Shown piece by piece: positions 23,515 to 32,000 of a stretch of DNA of 32,000 bases. The notes below the pieces were generated by a model. The model was given only the letters and a program-made list of their open reading frames with translations. It was not told the origin of the DNA and searched no databases. The first letter of the stretch is position 1. Every line of letters starts with the position of its first letter. The position numbers and the translations under genes were made by a program. The stretch covers positions 5,157 through 37,156 of the forward strand of contig JAUSKK010000006.1 of the NCBI GenBank assembly GCA_030649345.1, read 5' to 3'. Source of the DNA: Candidatus Iainarchaeum sp. (GTDB taxonomy: Archaea; Iainarchaeota; Iainarchaeia; Iainarchaeales; 0-14-0-20-34-12).

Positions 23515-25676
23515 CCCACATAACTAGGCCTATATTCAGTAACTTTTTCTTTGAATTCACCATAGGCTTTTTCTGATTTTTTGGAAACACTTCCTGTAAT
23601 TTTGTTAAAGGCTGTCTGGAAATGTTTTTTAGAAGCAGTACAAGGTTTGAAATTGTTTTCTTCTAAAGCAATCAAGACAGCTTCGCGAATAAATCCTTCG
23701 ATATCTGCTCCAGAAAATCCTTCGGTTTTTTCCACAAATTCATCTACATCCAAATCTTTGGCCACAGGAACTCCATCCAAGTGAACTTCAAATATTTGTT
23801 TTCTGGTCTCGGCATCTGGAGCAGAAATGAAAACTAGTTTGTCGATTCTTCCAGGCCTTAGTAAAGCAGGATCCATTAAATCCGGCCGGTTGGTTGCAGC
23901 AATAAATACTACATTTTTCAAATCATCCAATCCATCCAATTCAGTCAACAATTGATCTAACACTCGATTGCCTACACCGGAGTCAAAATTGTTTCCACGA
24001 TTACCGGCAATGGAATCAATTTCATCAAAGAAAATTACTGTGGGAGCCACTTGCCTTGCTTTACGGAATAATTTACGAATTCCTTTTTCACTTTCTCCAA
24101 CAAACATGCTTAACAATTCTGGCCCTTTCACTGAAATAAAATTGGCTTCACTTTCCGTAGCTACAGCTTTGGCCAGCAAAGTCTTACCGCAGCCCGGAGG
24201 ACCGTATAACAAAATTCCTTTCGGAGGATTAATACCCATTTTGGAAAAAACTTCTGGATTCTTTAAAGGCCATTCCACTGCTTGTCTTAATTCTTTTTTC
24301 ACAAACTCCATTCCGCCAATATCAGCCCATTTAACTTTTGGAATTCGTACAGCAATTTCACGCAAAGCTGAAGGCTGAACATCTTTAATAGCATCTTGAA
24401 AATCTTTTTTCAAAACTTCTAAGTCTTCTAAAACTTCTGGAGGAATAACTTCATCTTCTAAATTAATTTTCGGCAAATATCTACGCAAAGCTTTCATCGC
24501 GGCTTCTTTGGCTAAAGCTTCTAAATCCGCTCCTACAAAACCATGGGTAATCGCTGCCCAATTTTCTAAGTCTACATCCTTATTCAAAGGCATTCCGCGG
24601 GTATGAACTTGTAAAATTTCCAAACGACCTTTGCGATCTGGAACTCCAAATTCAATTTCTCGGTCAAATCTTCCAGGTCTTCTTAAAGCTTCATCTAAAG
24701 AATTTACTCGATTGGTAGCTGCAATTACAATTACATTACCACGAGCTTCCAAGCCATCCATTAAAGCCAATAATTGTGCAACCACTCTGCGTTCAACTTC
24801 TCCTACAACCTCATCTCGTTTGGGTGCAATGGCATCAATTTCATCAATAAAAATAATACTCGGATTATTTTCTTCCGCATCCTTAAAAATTTGTCTGACT
24901 CTTTCTTCAGCCTCTCCTACAAATTTACTCATAATTTCCGGAGCATTTACACTAATAAAATGTGCATTGGTTTCATTGGCAACAGCTTTGGCCAGCAAAG
25001 TTTTTCCGCAGCCCGGAGGACCAAACAACAAAATTCCTTTCGGAGGATTAATTCCTAGCCTGCGAAATAATTCAGGATGACGCATGGGCAATTCAACCAA
25101 TTCTCGGACTTTCATGACTTGTTCTTTCATTCCACCAATATCTTCGTAAGCTACATTGCCTACACCTTCAGCGTCTTTAACTGGTTTTTCTTTTAAAACA
25201 AATTGAGTAAAATCAGTAACCTTAATTATGCCTGCTGGTTTTGTATTCACCACTTTGTAAACAAACCCTGAACCAAACACACTAATCCAAACAGTATCTC
25301 CTTTCGATAAAGGCCTTCCTAAAAAACTTTTCTTCAACACCCGATTGTATCCAGAAGCAATAATTCGAACTTCTTGGGTTGGAGCTAAAGTTACTTCTTT
25401 GGCTTCCTTAAATTCTGCTTTCGCAATCGTTACAGTATCTCCTAAACTAACACCAGAATTGTGGCGAATAAAATTATCCATTCGCACCAAGCCTTTGCCT
25501 TCATCTTCTGCCCGCGCAGGCCAGACTACAGCAGCTGTTCGTTTAGTGCCGGCAATTTCAACAATGTCGCCTGAAGTAATATTCAATCTTTTTTTAGCCA
25601 ATCGATCTAAAGTGACAATATTTCGCCCAACATGAGTTGGATCCGAATCCTGAACTTTTAAACGAACTTCTTCCAT
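23511..25676 (-). CDS. cdc48: Cdc48/VCP-like AAA+ ATPase (two AAA domains plus N domain)
   Basis: Two [15 protein letters not shown] Walker A sites, two DEID Walker B sites, and the double-psi-barrel-like N-terminus VRLKVQDS...GRNIVTLD. Confidence 0.92.
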   Translation of the reverse strand: MEEVRLKVQDSDPTHVGRNIVTLDRLAKKRLNITSGDIVEIAGTKRTAAVVWPARAEDEGKGLVRMDNFIRHNSGVSLGDTVTIAKAEFKEAKEVTLAPTQEVRIIASGYNRVLKKSFLGRPLSKGDTVWISVFGSGFVYKVVNTKPAGIIKVTDFTQFVLKEKPVKDAEGVGNVAYEDIGGMKEQVMKVRELVELPMRHPELFRRLGINPPKGILLFGPPGCGKTLLAKAVANETNAHFISVNAPEIMSKFVGEAEERVRQIFKDAEENNPSIIFIDEIDAIAPKRDEVVGEVERRVVAQLLALMDGLEARGNVIVIAATNRVNSLDEALRRPGRFDREIEFGVPDRKGRLEILQVHTRGMPLNKDVDLENWAAITHGFVGADLEALAKEAAMKALRRYLPKINLEDEVIPPEVLEDLEVLKKDFQDAIKDVQPSALREIAVRIPKVKWADIGGMEFVKKELRQAVEWPLKNPEVFSKMGINPPKGILLYGPPGCGKTLLAKAVATESEANFISVKGPELLSMFVGESEKGIRKLFRKARQVAPTVIFFDEIDSIAGNRGNNFDSGVGNRVLDQLLTELDGLDDLKNVVFIAATNRPDLMDPALLRPGRIDKLVFISAPDAETRKQIFEVHLDGVPVAKDLDVDEFVEKTEGFSGADIEGFIREAVLIALEENNFKPCTASKKHFQTAFNKITGSVSKKSEKAYGEFKEKVTEYRPSYVG

Positions 25677-25703
25677 ATAATATCAAGATTAATTAATGGT
25701 TTT

Positions 25704-26519
25704 TTAAGCCTTTGGCAAAACCAGCCGAATATTTTCCGAAGGCATCATTCGAATAATTTCATCCAAGCCAATTTTGTTTTCTTGAACTTTATAATCCAGC
25801 CATTTTTTAATTTGTTTAGCTGCATTTCCAGGCTTATCGCTTCCTTGAACTAATTTTAAACAAACCAAAGCATGCGTTTGCACAGAATTTTTTGAACCAG
25901 AAATAATTCTATAAGAATTTTCCATTTTTTCAATTCCCAGCCAGCATTCCATGGTTTGATGCTTAAACCATTCGCGTTCTCCATAAATCATAAAAGCACC
26001 GGTACCCAAAGATTCTCCGCTCGGAGCTTTCTTGGAAACTTGTTCGGGTTTCACAGAATAAACATCCACTGAAGCAAATCCTTCCTGCCAAGCTTTCGAA
26101 AACATTCCAGCAAATTGAGCAGCTTCATTTTTTGTTTCAACATCTATTTTTTTGCCTTCCAGTTTCACCACACAATGAGGAGCACCCTGAAATTCTGCAT
26201 GAAAGTACGAATCATTCAAATCCATGTGTTTTTTGACAAGTTGTTCATTTTGATGTGCATCTCTTCCAGCAATTACTAAAATATTTGAACTAGAATAAAA
26301 CCATCTGAATTTTTCAAACCATTCTGTTTTCCGTTTCTGGATTAAAGTTTCTTCTGCTTTTTTTTGCTCTTGTTTGCTTTGAATGTCTTTTAGTTTTTTT
26401 TCCGTAATTTTTAAAGCATCCAAAATACGCGCAGCTTTGTTTTTGGCTTGTTTGCCTTTTTGAAAATAATCTGAAGCATTTTCATTTAAATTTTTGGTTA
26501 AATCAATCCGAATTTTCAT
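25704..26519 (-). CDS. NFACT-R (DUF814) domain protein, a truncated RqcH/NEMF/FbpA-like protein lacking NFACT-N
   Basis: Coiled-coil N-terminus, then WFEKFRWFYSSSNILVIAGRDAHQNEQLVKKH...HAEFQGAPHCVVK, the hallmark NFACT-R motif. The ATG at 26519 lies 1 nt after the upstream stop. Confidence 0.7.
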   Translation of the reverse strand: MKIRIDLTKNLNENASDYFQKGKQAKNKAARILDALKITEKKLKDIQSKQEQKKAEETLIQKRKTEWFEKFRWFYSSSNILVIAGRDAHQNEQLVKKHMDLNDSYFHAEFQGAPHCVVKLEGKKIDVETKNEAAQFAGMFSKAWQEGFASVDVYSVKPEQVSKKAPSGESLGTGAFMIYGEREWFKHQTMECWLGIEKMENSYRIISGSKNSVQTHALVCLKLVQGSDKPGNAAKQIKKWLDYKVQENKIGLDEIIRMMPSENIRLVLPKA

Positions 26520-26520
26520 A

Positions 26521-27060
26521 TTAAACAAATCCTTTGGATTTTTTAATCACTTCAATTAAAGACTTGGTTCGAGAAGCACTTTTATAAACTGGTTCGGTAG
26601 TAAAAATAATTTCTCGGTCTTCAATTAAATCATAAATACCTGGAATGGCATTGTAGTATTCTTGCTGCATGTGTTTTTGATACGATTCCACATCTTGAAA
26701 AATATGTTTAATTAAAACATTCCAGTGCTTGACTCCCAGCATTCCTGAAAACCAATATGCGTGTGAATCTTGTTTGACTTTTTCAGAAAATACAGAAAAC
26801 AAATCTTTTTTGGATAAATTCACTTGAAGCAAAGTAGTCACTTCTAATTTGTATCCAAATTTTCGGAAATCAATTTTAGGGCCATATCCTGAAATTAATC
26901 CTTGTTCTTCTAAAAATTTCAAAGAACTGACAATCGTGGCTTTATGATACCCAGTAATGCGTTTAAGTTCCTGTAAACTAGGTTTGACTGCATTTTTTTT
27001 CAACAAAGCATTCAATAAAGTTAGCCGAACTTCGTCATCAATCCGCATTCCAGACACCAT
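26521..27060 (-). CDS. Winged-helix transcription regulator with an Lrp/AsnC-like C-terminal half (divergent)
   Basis: LQELKRITGYHKATIVSSLKFLEEQGLISGY wHTH, followed by KIDFRKFGYKLEVTTLLQV (RAM-like start). Confidence 0.5.
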   Translation of the reverse strand: MVSGMRIDDEVRLTLLNALLKKNAVKPSLQELKRITGYHKATIVSSLKFLEEQGLISGYGPKIDFRKFGYKLEVTTLLQVNLSKKDLFSVFSEKVKQDSHAYWFSGMLGVKHWNVLIKHIFQDVESYQKHMQQEYYNAIPGIYDLIEDREIIFTTEPVYKSASRTKSLIEVIKKSKGFV

Positions 27061-27089
27061 ATAATATAATTATACTAAAAAGCAATATA

Positions 27090-27108
27090 AATGTACTGTT
27101 TGTACATT
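27090..27108. promoter_or_regulatory. Inverted repeat AATGTAC-N5-GTACATT just upstream of a TATA-like box for the 27060 regulator gene; candidate autoregulatory operator
   Basis: 7-bp perfect arms. On the minus strand, tttatattgc lies about 25-30 nt before the ATG. Confidence 0.35.
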
Positions 27109-27170
27109 AAAAATCGAGTTATTTATATTAATAGTATAAACGTTACGTATTAACAACACAAATATGATAC

Positions 27171-27291
27171 TAGAAGAGGGATAGGCTTACCAAAGCATTG
27201 AAAATTAGCTCACCAAAAATAAAGAATCAAATCTGCTTCTTTATTGATTCAATGCTTTGACCAAACTTTTTCTGAAAAAAACCCTCTTCTA
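27171..27291. repeat. Three-tier nested inverted repeat
   Basis: Outer arms 27171-27180/27282-27291 (10 bp), middle 27191-27202/27248-27259 (12 bp), inner 27218-27226/27237-27245 (9 bp). All are perfect by hand pairing. The outer right arm overlaps the stop codon of the lipoprotein gene. Confidence 0.7.
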
Positions 27292-28203
27292 ATTACATTC
27301 TCTTTCCAAAGAATTCAATACATCAAAAAAGTTTTGCATTTTGGATTCTAAACCAAGTGAAATTTCTGCATTAAAATCTAAATTTAAAGTTTGCATTAAA
27401 GAAGCACGCTCTTGTTGTATTGGAATTAATTGATTTCGGATTTCGTTTAATTTTTCTTTTAAGCTTTGAAGAGTACTAATTTGGCATAAATTTTCTTGGC
27501 TGGAAAATTGTTCAAATTCTTGAAAAAATGTTTTCAGACTTCCAGCAAATACGCAGGTATTGGAAAACAATTCTTGAAATGTTTGAAAATAAAACAAAGT
27601 GTCTCCAGTTTGAGCTGTAGAAATAGCGTATTCCGGCACAGTTGTTTGCATAGATAATTGATACGCTACAGCCCAAGCAACATAATGGTCTTGAAAGGTT
27701 CTGGCTTTTTCTTCCAATACAACTAAGTTTTGTTTCAATAAATTAATTCCAGAAATATTTTCAGAATCACAAGCAGTGAATGAATTGTTTTCTAAACTAA
27801 ATCCTGAAGAAAACAAACCAGACTCCAGTTGCTGGGTTTGGGTTTGAATTTCAATCGTACGTTTTCGCAGCTCAATAATTTCCAGATTAATTGCAAGATA
27901 TTGTTCAACCAAGTCTTTTTCGGAAGTAGGAAAATAATTGCTGATTTCAGTTTTCAGTAATTCCAATTCAGTTTGAATTTGAGTTAATGTGTCGGAAGAA
28001 AAATTAACTGAATCAAACGAATACGGCAATTGTTGAAGAAATGTAGGGGAATTTTTAGAACTCCAAACAGAATCTATTTGTGCAGTTAATTCAGATACAT
28101 TCGCAAACGATTGGGTGCAGGCGCTTAAAAAAAGAAGCGTAAACACAGCAATAAAAATAATGAAATTATTTTGAAGAAACTTTTTTGACTTTTTTAGATT
28201 CAT
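27289..28203 (-). CDS. Putative lipoprotein/secreted coiled-coil protein
   Basis: Basic N-terminus, hydrophobic segment and LSAC lipobox-like motif. Gln/Glu/Leu-rich remainder. The start overlaps the topA 3' end by 38 nt. Confidence 0.5.
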   Translation of the reverse strand: MNLKKSKKFLQNNFIIFIAVFTLLFLSACTQSFANVSELTAQIDSVWSSKNSPTFLQQLPYSFDSVNFSSDTLTQIQTELELLKTEISNYFPTSEKDLVEQYLAINLEIIELRKRTIEIQTQTQQLESGLFSSGFSLENNSFTACDSENISGINLLKQNLVVLEEKARTFQDHYVAWAVAYQLSMQTTVPEYAISTAQTGDTLFYFQTFQELFSNTCVFAGSLKTFFQEFEQFSSQENLCQISTLQSLKEKLNEIRNQLIPIQQERASLMQTLNLDFNAEISLGLESKMQNFFDVLNSLERECN

Positions 28204-30241
28204 TTTCTTTCTCCAGTTTTTTCTTTTTCCATTCGTCTTTGGTCTTACAATTCAAGTTAATACACATATTAAAGCTATACCGTTTTCCAATCAATTTAAT
28301 CATGGGAGCCTTGCATTCTGGGCAAAATTGGTTTAAGTCCTGCAATTTTCCTTGTTGAGGCAAAGGATATGTGGTTGTACAATTGGGGTAGGTATTGCAG
28401 CCCAAGAAACGTTTTCCTGTTCGCCCCAATCGAATGACTAATTTTCCAGTGCATCCTTCGCGGGTACATTTCATTAATTCTTTATCCGTGCGCAAAGCTT
28501 GTCTTAAACTAGAGCCAATTTTGTCTTTGTTGTCCAATAATTCTTGTAAAATTTTATGCAAAAATTCCCTGGATTCTTGAATAACTTCTGTTTTTTCTTT
28601 TTTGCCAGTGGCAATTAAATCCATTTCTTTTTCCAATTCAGCTGTCATTTCCGGCTTAACTACAATACTATTGTGCTGATTTAAAGTATCTGTAACCGCA
28701 ATCCCGATACTATTGGGTTCAATGGATTTTTTTCCAGAAATATAATCTCGTGCATATAATTTTTGAATAATTTCATGCCGTGTAGCTTTGGTTCCTAAAC
28801 CAAGTTCTTCCATTAATTTGATTAAAGTTCCTTGACTAAAGCGCGCAGGAGGCTTAGTCTCTTTGGACAATAATTTCAAATCCAGTAAATCCACCCAATC
28901 GCCTTTTTTGAGTTCAGGCAAAATCATTTCTTCGCTTTTACTGTAGGGATAAAATTCTTTCCAGCCCCATAGAGTATAGGTTTGGCCAAAGGCATAAAAA
29001 ATTTCCTGATTCATATCCATACTGGCCCGTACATTATCTGTAACTGCGTCTTCAGCTAAAGTTGCAAAATATCTGCGCACAATTAATTCATAAATTTTCC
29101 ATTGATGCTCATTTAAAACTTGTTTGGGAATATCCACTGGATGAATGGGCGGATGGTCTTTGGATAATTTTCCTTTGGATGCTTCCAATTTTTTTAAAGC
29201 CAATAATTTTTCAGCATCAGGATAAAATTTAGAATGTTCTCTGAGTTTTTTGACTAAATCTCTTAAATTTAAACTATCCGGATATACTTGATTATCTGTT
29301 CTAGGATACGAAGTCAAGCCAGTTTGATACAAGTTTTCAGCAATATTCATGGCCATACCGGCTGTAAAACCTATGGCTGTAGCAGCCCGCAAAAATTCAG
29401 TGGTATTAAACGGCACTGGTTTTTTTAAAATTCGCTTGCTTTTTTTAACTTCAACTACTTCACATGGACTTTTCTTTTTGGTTAAAATTTTTTCAGCTTC
29501 AGCTTTGTCTGAAAATTTTCCTTTCGAATGTTGGGCAGTAAATTGTTCTTTTCCTTTTTGAAAAACAGCTTCCAATTCAAAAAAAGGCTCGATCTTGAAA
29601 GCCAAGCGTTCTTTTTCTCGAGCTACAATTAAAGCCAAAGTAGGGCTTTGAACTCGGCCTACACTTAAAAAGTCTTTTCCCAGTCTGCCGGAAACTAAAG
29701 AAAGATAACGCGTTAAAACAGCGCCCCAAATTAAATCAATTTCTCTTCTAGCATCTGCAGAATGCGCTAAATTGAAATCTAAATCAGTTAAATGAGCAAA
29801 CGCTGTATCCACATCTTGCTGGGTAATTGCTGAAAAACTAGCTCTAGTAATTTTAACTTTAGAATTAACTGCCAAAATAGCATTTACGGCTTCCAATCCA
29901 ATGCTTTCCCCTTCTTTATCTGGATCTGTAGCAATTACAACTTCTTGAGCCAGAGAGGCTTTTTCGCGCAATAAATCAAAAATATTTTTTTCAGTTTCTT
30001 TGTACAAGACTTCTGCATCCACCAATTTTTTTAAATCAGTGCCCAGCCAAACCGAATAATTTGCAGGAAAATCTACGTTGACTACATGGCCACGTAAAGG
30101 AATAACCAAATAGTCTTGGTTATTTTTTTTAAATTCAAAAAAGCTGACTGTTTTAAAAATTCGGGTAACCATTTTGTTGCCGCTTAACAATTCAGCAATA
30201 CGTTTTCCGGCAATTGGTTTTTCTGCAATTACGATTATCAT
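28166..30241 (-). CDS. topA: DNA topoisomerase, type IA
   Basis: Toprim N-terminus (IIVIAEKP...DPDKEGE), active-site SYPRTDN, C-terminal Cys4-type zinc ribbons (CTREGCTGK...CNTYPNC; CPECKAP...CINLNC). Confidence 0.9.
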   Translation of the reverse strand: MIIVIAEKPIAGKRIAELLSGNKMVTRIFKTVSFFEFKKNNQDYLVIPLRGHVVNVDFPANYSVWLGTDLKKLVDAEVLYKETEKNIFDLLREKASLAQEVVIATDPDKEGESIGLEAVNAILAVNSKVKITRASFSAITQQDVDTAFAHLTDLDFNLAHSADARREIDLIWGAVLTRYLSLVSGRLGKDFLSVGRVQSPTLALIVAREKERLAFKIEPFFELEAVFQKGKEQFTAQHSKGKFSDKAEAEKILTKKKSPCEVVEVKKSKRILKKPVPFNTTEFLRAATAIGFTAGMAMNIAENLYQTGLTSYPRTDNQVYPDSLNLRDLVKKLREHSKFYPDAEKLLALKKLEASKGKLSKDHPPIHPVDIPKQVLNEHQWKIYELIVRRYFATLAEDAVTDNVRASMDMNQEIFYAFGQTYTLWGWKEFYPYSKSEEMILPELKKGDWVDLLDLKLLSKETKPPARFSQGTLIKLMEELGLGTKATRHEIIQKLYARDYISGKKSIEPNSIGIAVTDTLNQHNSIVVKPEMTAELEKEMDLIATGKKEKTEVIQESREFLHKILQELLDNKDKIGSSLRQALRTDKELMKCTREGCTGKLVIRLGRTGKRFLGCNTYPNCTTTYPLPQQGKLQDLNQFCPECKAPMIKLIGKRYSFNMCINLNCKTKDEWKKKKLEKENESKKVKKVSSK

Positions 30242-30307
30242 TTAAAAAATCGCCTGGTTTTTTAAATATTTCAAAATTTGCAATTTTGAATTCAAACACT
30301 AACACCG

Positions 30308-30781
30308 TTAAAATTTCTTTTGAGCTAAAGAAGAAGGCAAACTATTGGATTGTTTTAATTGACTGACAACCACTAAAGATTTCATGTCTTGGATTCCATC
30401 TACAGCAGATAAGCGCGCCAGAAAAGGTTCGACTGCACTTAAAGAAGGCAAGACTACTTTCAATAATAAATTGTATTCTCCCAAGACTTGATGAATTTCA
30501 ATAATATTTTCCAAAGTTTCCAATTTTTTAAATACATCTTTGGATTTAGATAAATCTGTACGTAGTTGAATAAACAAAGGTTTCTCAAAACCAATAGCAG
30601 AATAATTTAGATTCGCAGTAATGGAAGCAATGACTCCTTTTCGTTTCAAGGATTCCACACGTTTTTTTACAGCCACATCAGTTAAATTTGTATTTTTGGC
30701 TACAGCACTATAACTGGCTCGACCGTCATCCAATAAGGCTTTCAGAATTACAATATCAATTTTATCCAACAATACAGTCAT
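30308..30781 (-). CDS. lrp: Lrp/AsnC family transcriptional regulator
   Basis: LDKIDIVILKALLDDGRASYSAVAKNTNLTDVAVKKRVESLKRKGVI HTH plus a RAM domain; canonical size. Confidence 0.85.
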   Translation of the reverse strand: MTVLLDKIDIVILKALLDDGRASYSAVAKNTNLTDVAVKKRVESLKRKGVIASITANLNYSAIGFEKPLFIQLRTDLSKSKDVFKKLETLENIIEIHQVLGEYNLLLKVVLPSLSAVEPFLARLSAVDGIQDMKSLVVVSQLKQSNSLPSSLAQKKF

Positions 30782-30799
30782 TCAAACCAGCTCAATCTT

Positions 30800-30868
30800 T
30801 AGTAAAGAATAATGCAAATATTTAGCTGAACAAAATACTTGCTTTATACAGTGCATTATTCTTTAGTA
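30800..30868 (+). repeat. Conserved-core hairpin element, copy B (core 30812-30856; 16-bp outer stem with 1 mismatch)
   Basis: tagtaaagaataATGC...GCATtattctttagta. Lies 19-87 nt upstream of the lrp ATG (30781, minus strand). Confidence 0.7.
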
Positions 30869-30886
30869 TTCTAAACAAAAACATAT

Positions 30887-30932
30887 AAAAAGTTTGCTTG
30901 TTGAACAAACCAGTTATGTTTGCAAACTTTTT
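30887..30932. terminator. 11-bp-stem hairpin (aaaaagtttgc/gcaaacttttt) flanked by T-runs in the minus-strand sense, downstream of the 30973 gene
   Basis: Perfect inverted repeat. In the minus-strand sense it is followed by UUUUUAUAUGUUUUUG. Confidence 0.45.
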
Positions 30933-30972
30933 GAGTGAAAAACATCTAAAAAGCGAATTAACTGAATTTTAT

Positions 30973-31716
30973 TTAACGATGATGTAATTCTTCAATACTG
31001 CGAATAATTCCGTACTTCATCATGTAAAAATAGGTTTTCAAAGACTCCAAAAAAGGAATTACAAACAGTAAAGCCAACAGCAAGGAAACAATTCGGCCGG
31101 CAAACAAAGAAGGAAATGCAGTGTCAATAGCAAATTCGATAAACAATAAAATAGCCAACAAAATAGATCCTAAAACTAAAATCATTCCAGTAAATCTCCA
31201 GTTTCGTTTCGTGAAATCCAAAGATTCAGCTAAAGCTTCAAAGATTGGCAATTCTTCAATCACAATAATTTGAGGCATAAACAAAGTTGGAATACTTAAA
31301 ATCAATAAAACTACAGCAATTCCCAGTAAAGGAATTTTGACAGCAAATAAACCAAAAGCAAGCACAATCAAAAGCAAAGAATACAAAATATAAAACGCAA
31401 ACATTTTGAAGGCAATTTTACTCAATACTTCTTTGAAATAATATTGAATTCGAACTGCACTCAATTCTTTGCGTACACCAAATACCACCATGCACAAAAA
31501 GAATGAATACACTAAAACATATACAATAACACTCAATAATTCAACCAGCAATGTTTGAGTTTCAGTAAAACCATATTCCCAGAAAACAGTTCCCGAAGAA
31601 TAAATCATATTAAAAAATACCGGAAACCAGGCAGTGAAAACCAAAAGTAAAGCAAACCATAAAGACACCGATAAGCTGCCCAAGTATACTTTCCATGCAT
31701 TTACAAAAAGCCCCAT
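30973..31716 (-). CDS. Polytopic membrane protein of unknown function
   Basis: Six or more hydrophobic segments; no recognisable motif. Confidence 0.55.
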   Translation of the reverse strand: MGLFVNAWKVYLGSLSVSLWFALLLVFTAWFPVFFNMIYSSGTVFWEYGFTETQTLLVELLSVIVYVLVYSFFLCMVVFGVRKELSAVRIQYYFKEVLSKIAFKMFAFYILYSLLLIVLAFGLFAVKIPLLGIAVVLLILSIPTLFMPQIIVIEELPIFEALAESLDFTKRNWRFTGMILVLGSILLAILLFIEFAIDTAFPSLFAGRIVSLLLALLFVIPFLESLKTYFYMMKYGIIRSIEELHHR

Positions 31717-31863
31717 ACTAGTATTTCTTTCAAAAAAGGTTATTAAAACTATGTTTTAGATTTCAAGGCCAAGCAAACTTTTTAAACAAATTCAAAGCCA
31801 AAAAATACAGAATTTTAAAAATTAGTTTCCCAGCACATTAAAGTTTAGAGTTTGCTGCTAATT

Positions 31864-32000
31864 TTAAAGTTTGTTACTGGCTTCCAGTTTATGAATTACA
31901 GCATATGCAACCCAGCCTAAAATTCCAGCATACACAAACCAAATAAAAGTAGACTGAACCCAAATTGGCCAAAACTCAAAGAAAATAATTTCTCCGCCTT
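31864..32000 (-). CDS. C-terminal fragment of a membrane protein (5' end outside the window)
   Basis: Open frame from the window edge: GGEIIFFEFWPIWVQSTFIWFVYAGILGWVAYAVIHKLEASNKL*, hydrophobic. Confidence 0.35.
   Translation of the reverse strand, partial: GGEIIFFEFWPIWVQSTFIWFVYAGILGWVAYAVIHKLEASNKL

Noticed and set aside
23581-25635. Several 67-149-aa plus-strand ORFs inside cdc48
   Set aside because: All are antisense to an unambiguous double-AAA ATPase gene, and their Ser/Pro/Thr-rich products mirror its codons.
28166-28203. 38-nt overlap between the topA 3' end and the lipoprotein gene start as a sign of frameshift or fusion
   Set aside because: The two genes are in different frames, and both have intact, plausible termini (a topA Lys-rich tail; a lipoprotein signal peptide starting at the ATG at 28203). 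Overlap of this size is common in compact genomes.
1-32000. CRISPR arrays, rRNA/tRNA genes, transposases, integrases or known defense-system enzymes
   Set aside because: I saw no regularly spaced direct repeats and no GC-rich cloverleaf candidates that pass manual folding. None of the six-frame ORFs carries recombinase, transposase, Cas, restriction-modification or STAND/nuclease defense signatures that I can recognise.

Overview
AT-rich, tightly packed archaeal chromosomal segment. The archaeal assignment rests on archaeal-type PheRS alpha/beta, RFC large subunit, Orc1/Cdc6, Cdc48/VCP, Nob1, Lrp/AsnC regulators and several class III (type IV pilin-like) signal peptides. Small gene sizes and many orphan membrane proteins are reminiscent of small-genome (DPANN-like) archaea, but that is inference only. 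Most of the window is housekeeping: RNase Z (partial), a sugar-phosphate nucleotidyltransferase, an MBL hydrolase, Nob1, pheS/pheT, rfcL, an SDR, a PLP enzyme, an Obg-like GTPase, LemA/TPM, orc1/cdc6, an M50 protease, cdc48, an NFACT-R protein and topA. Accessory content: two putative toxin-antitoxin pairs (VapBC; a TumE/TumA-like pair), a four-gene cluster of small membrane proteins, an orphan soluble histidine-kinase-like gene, and a convergent locus of at least five pilin-like genes with no assembly ATPase or prepilin peptidase in the window. I found no rRNA, tRNA, CRISPR array, transposase or integrase. The features not explained by the genes are non-coding. (1) A 45-nt core, 39/45 identical by hand alignment, occurs twice (19719-19763 and 30812-30856). 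Each copy sits in a hairpin whose outer stem differs between copies but remains self-complementary. (2) An exact 11-mer containing the start codon of the first gene of the pilin-like locus occurs twice, with its exact complement between the two copies, which permits alternative pairing. (3) A GC-rich double hairpin with a T-run lies in the same leader. (4) A three-tier nested inverted repeat spans 27171-27291. (5) A 32-bp direct repeat of a gene 3' end brackets a 62-bp GC-rich insert (1190-1315). (6) A single in-frame TGA separates two ORFs at 23005-23007. All functional interpretations of these elements are hypotheses. Nothing here was searched against databases.
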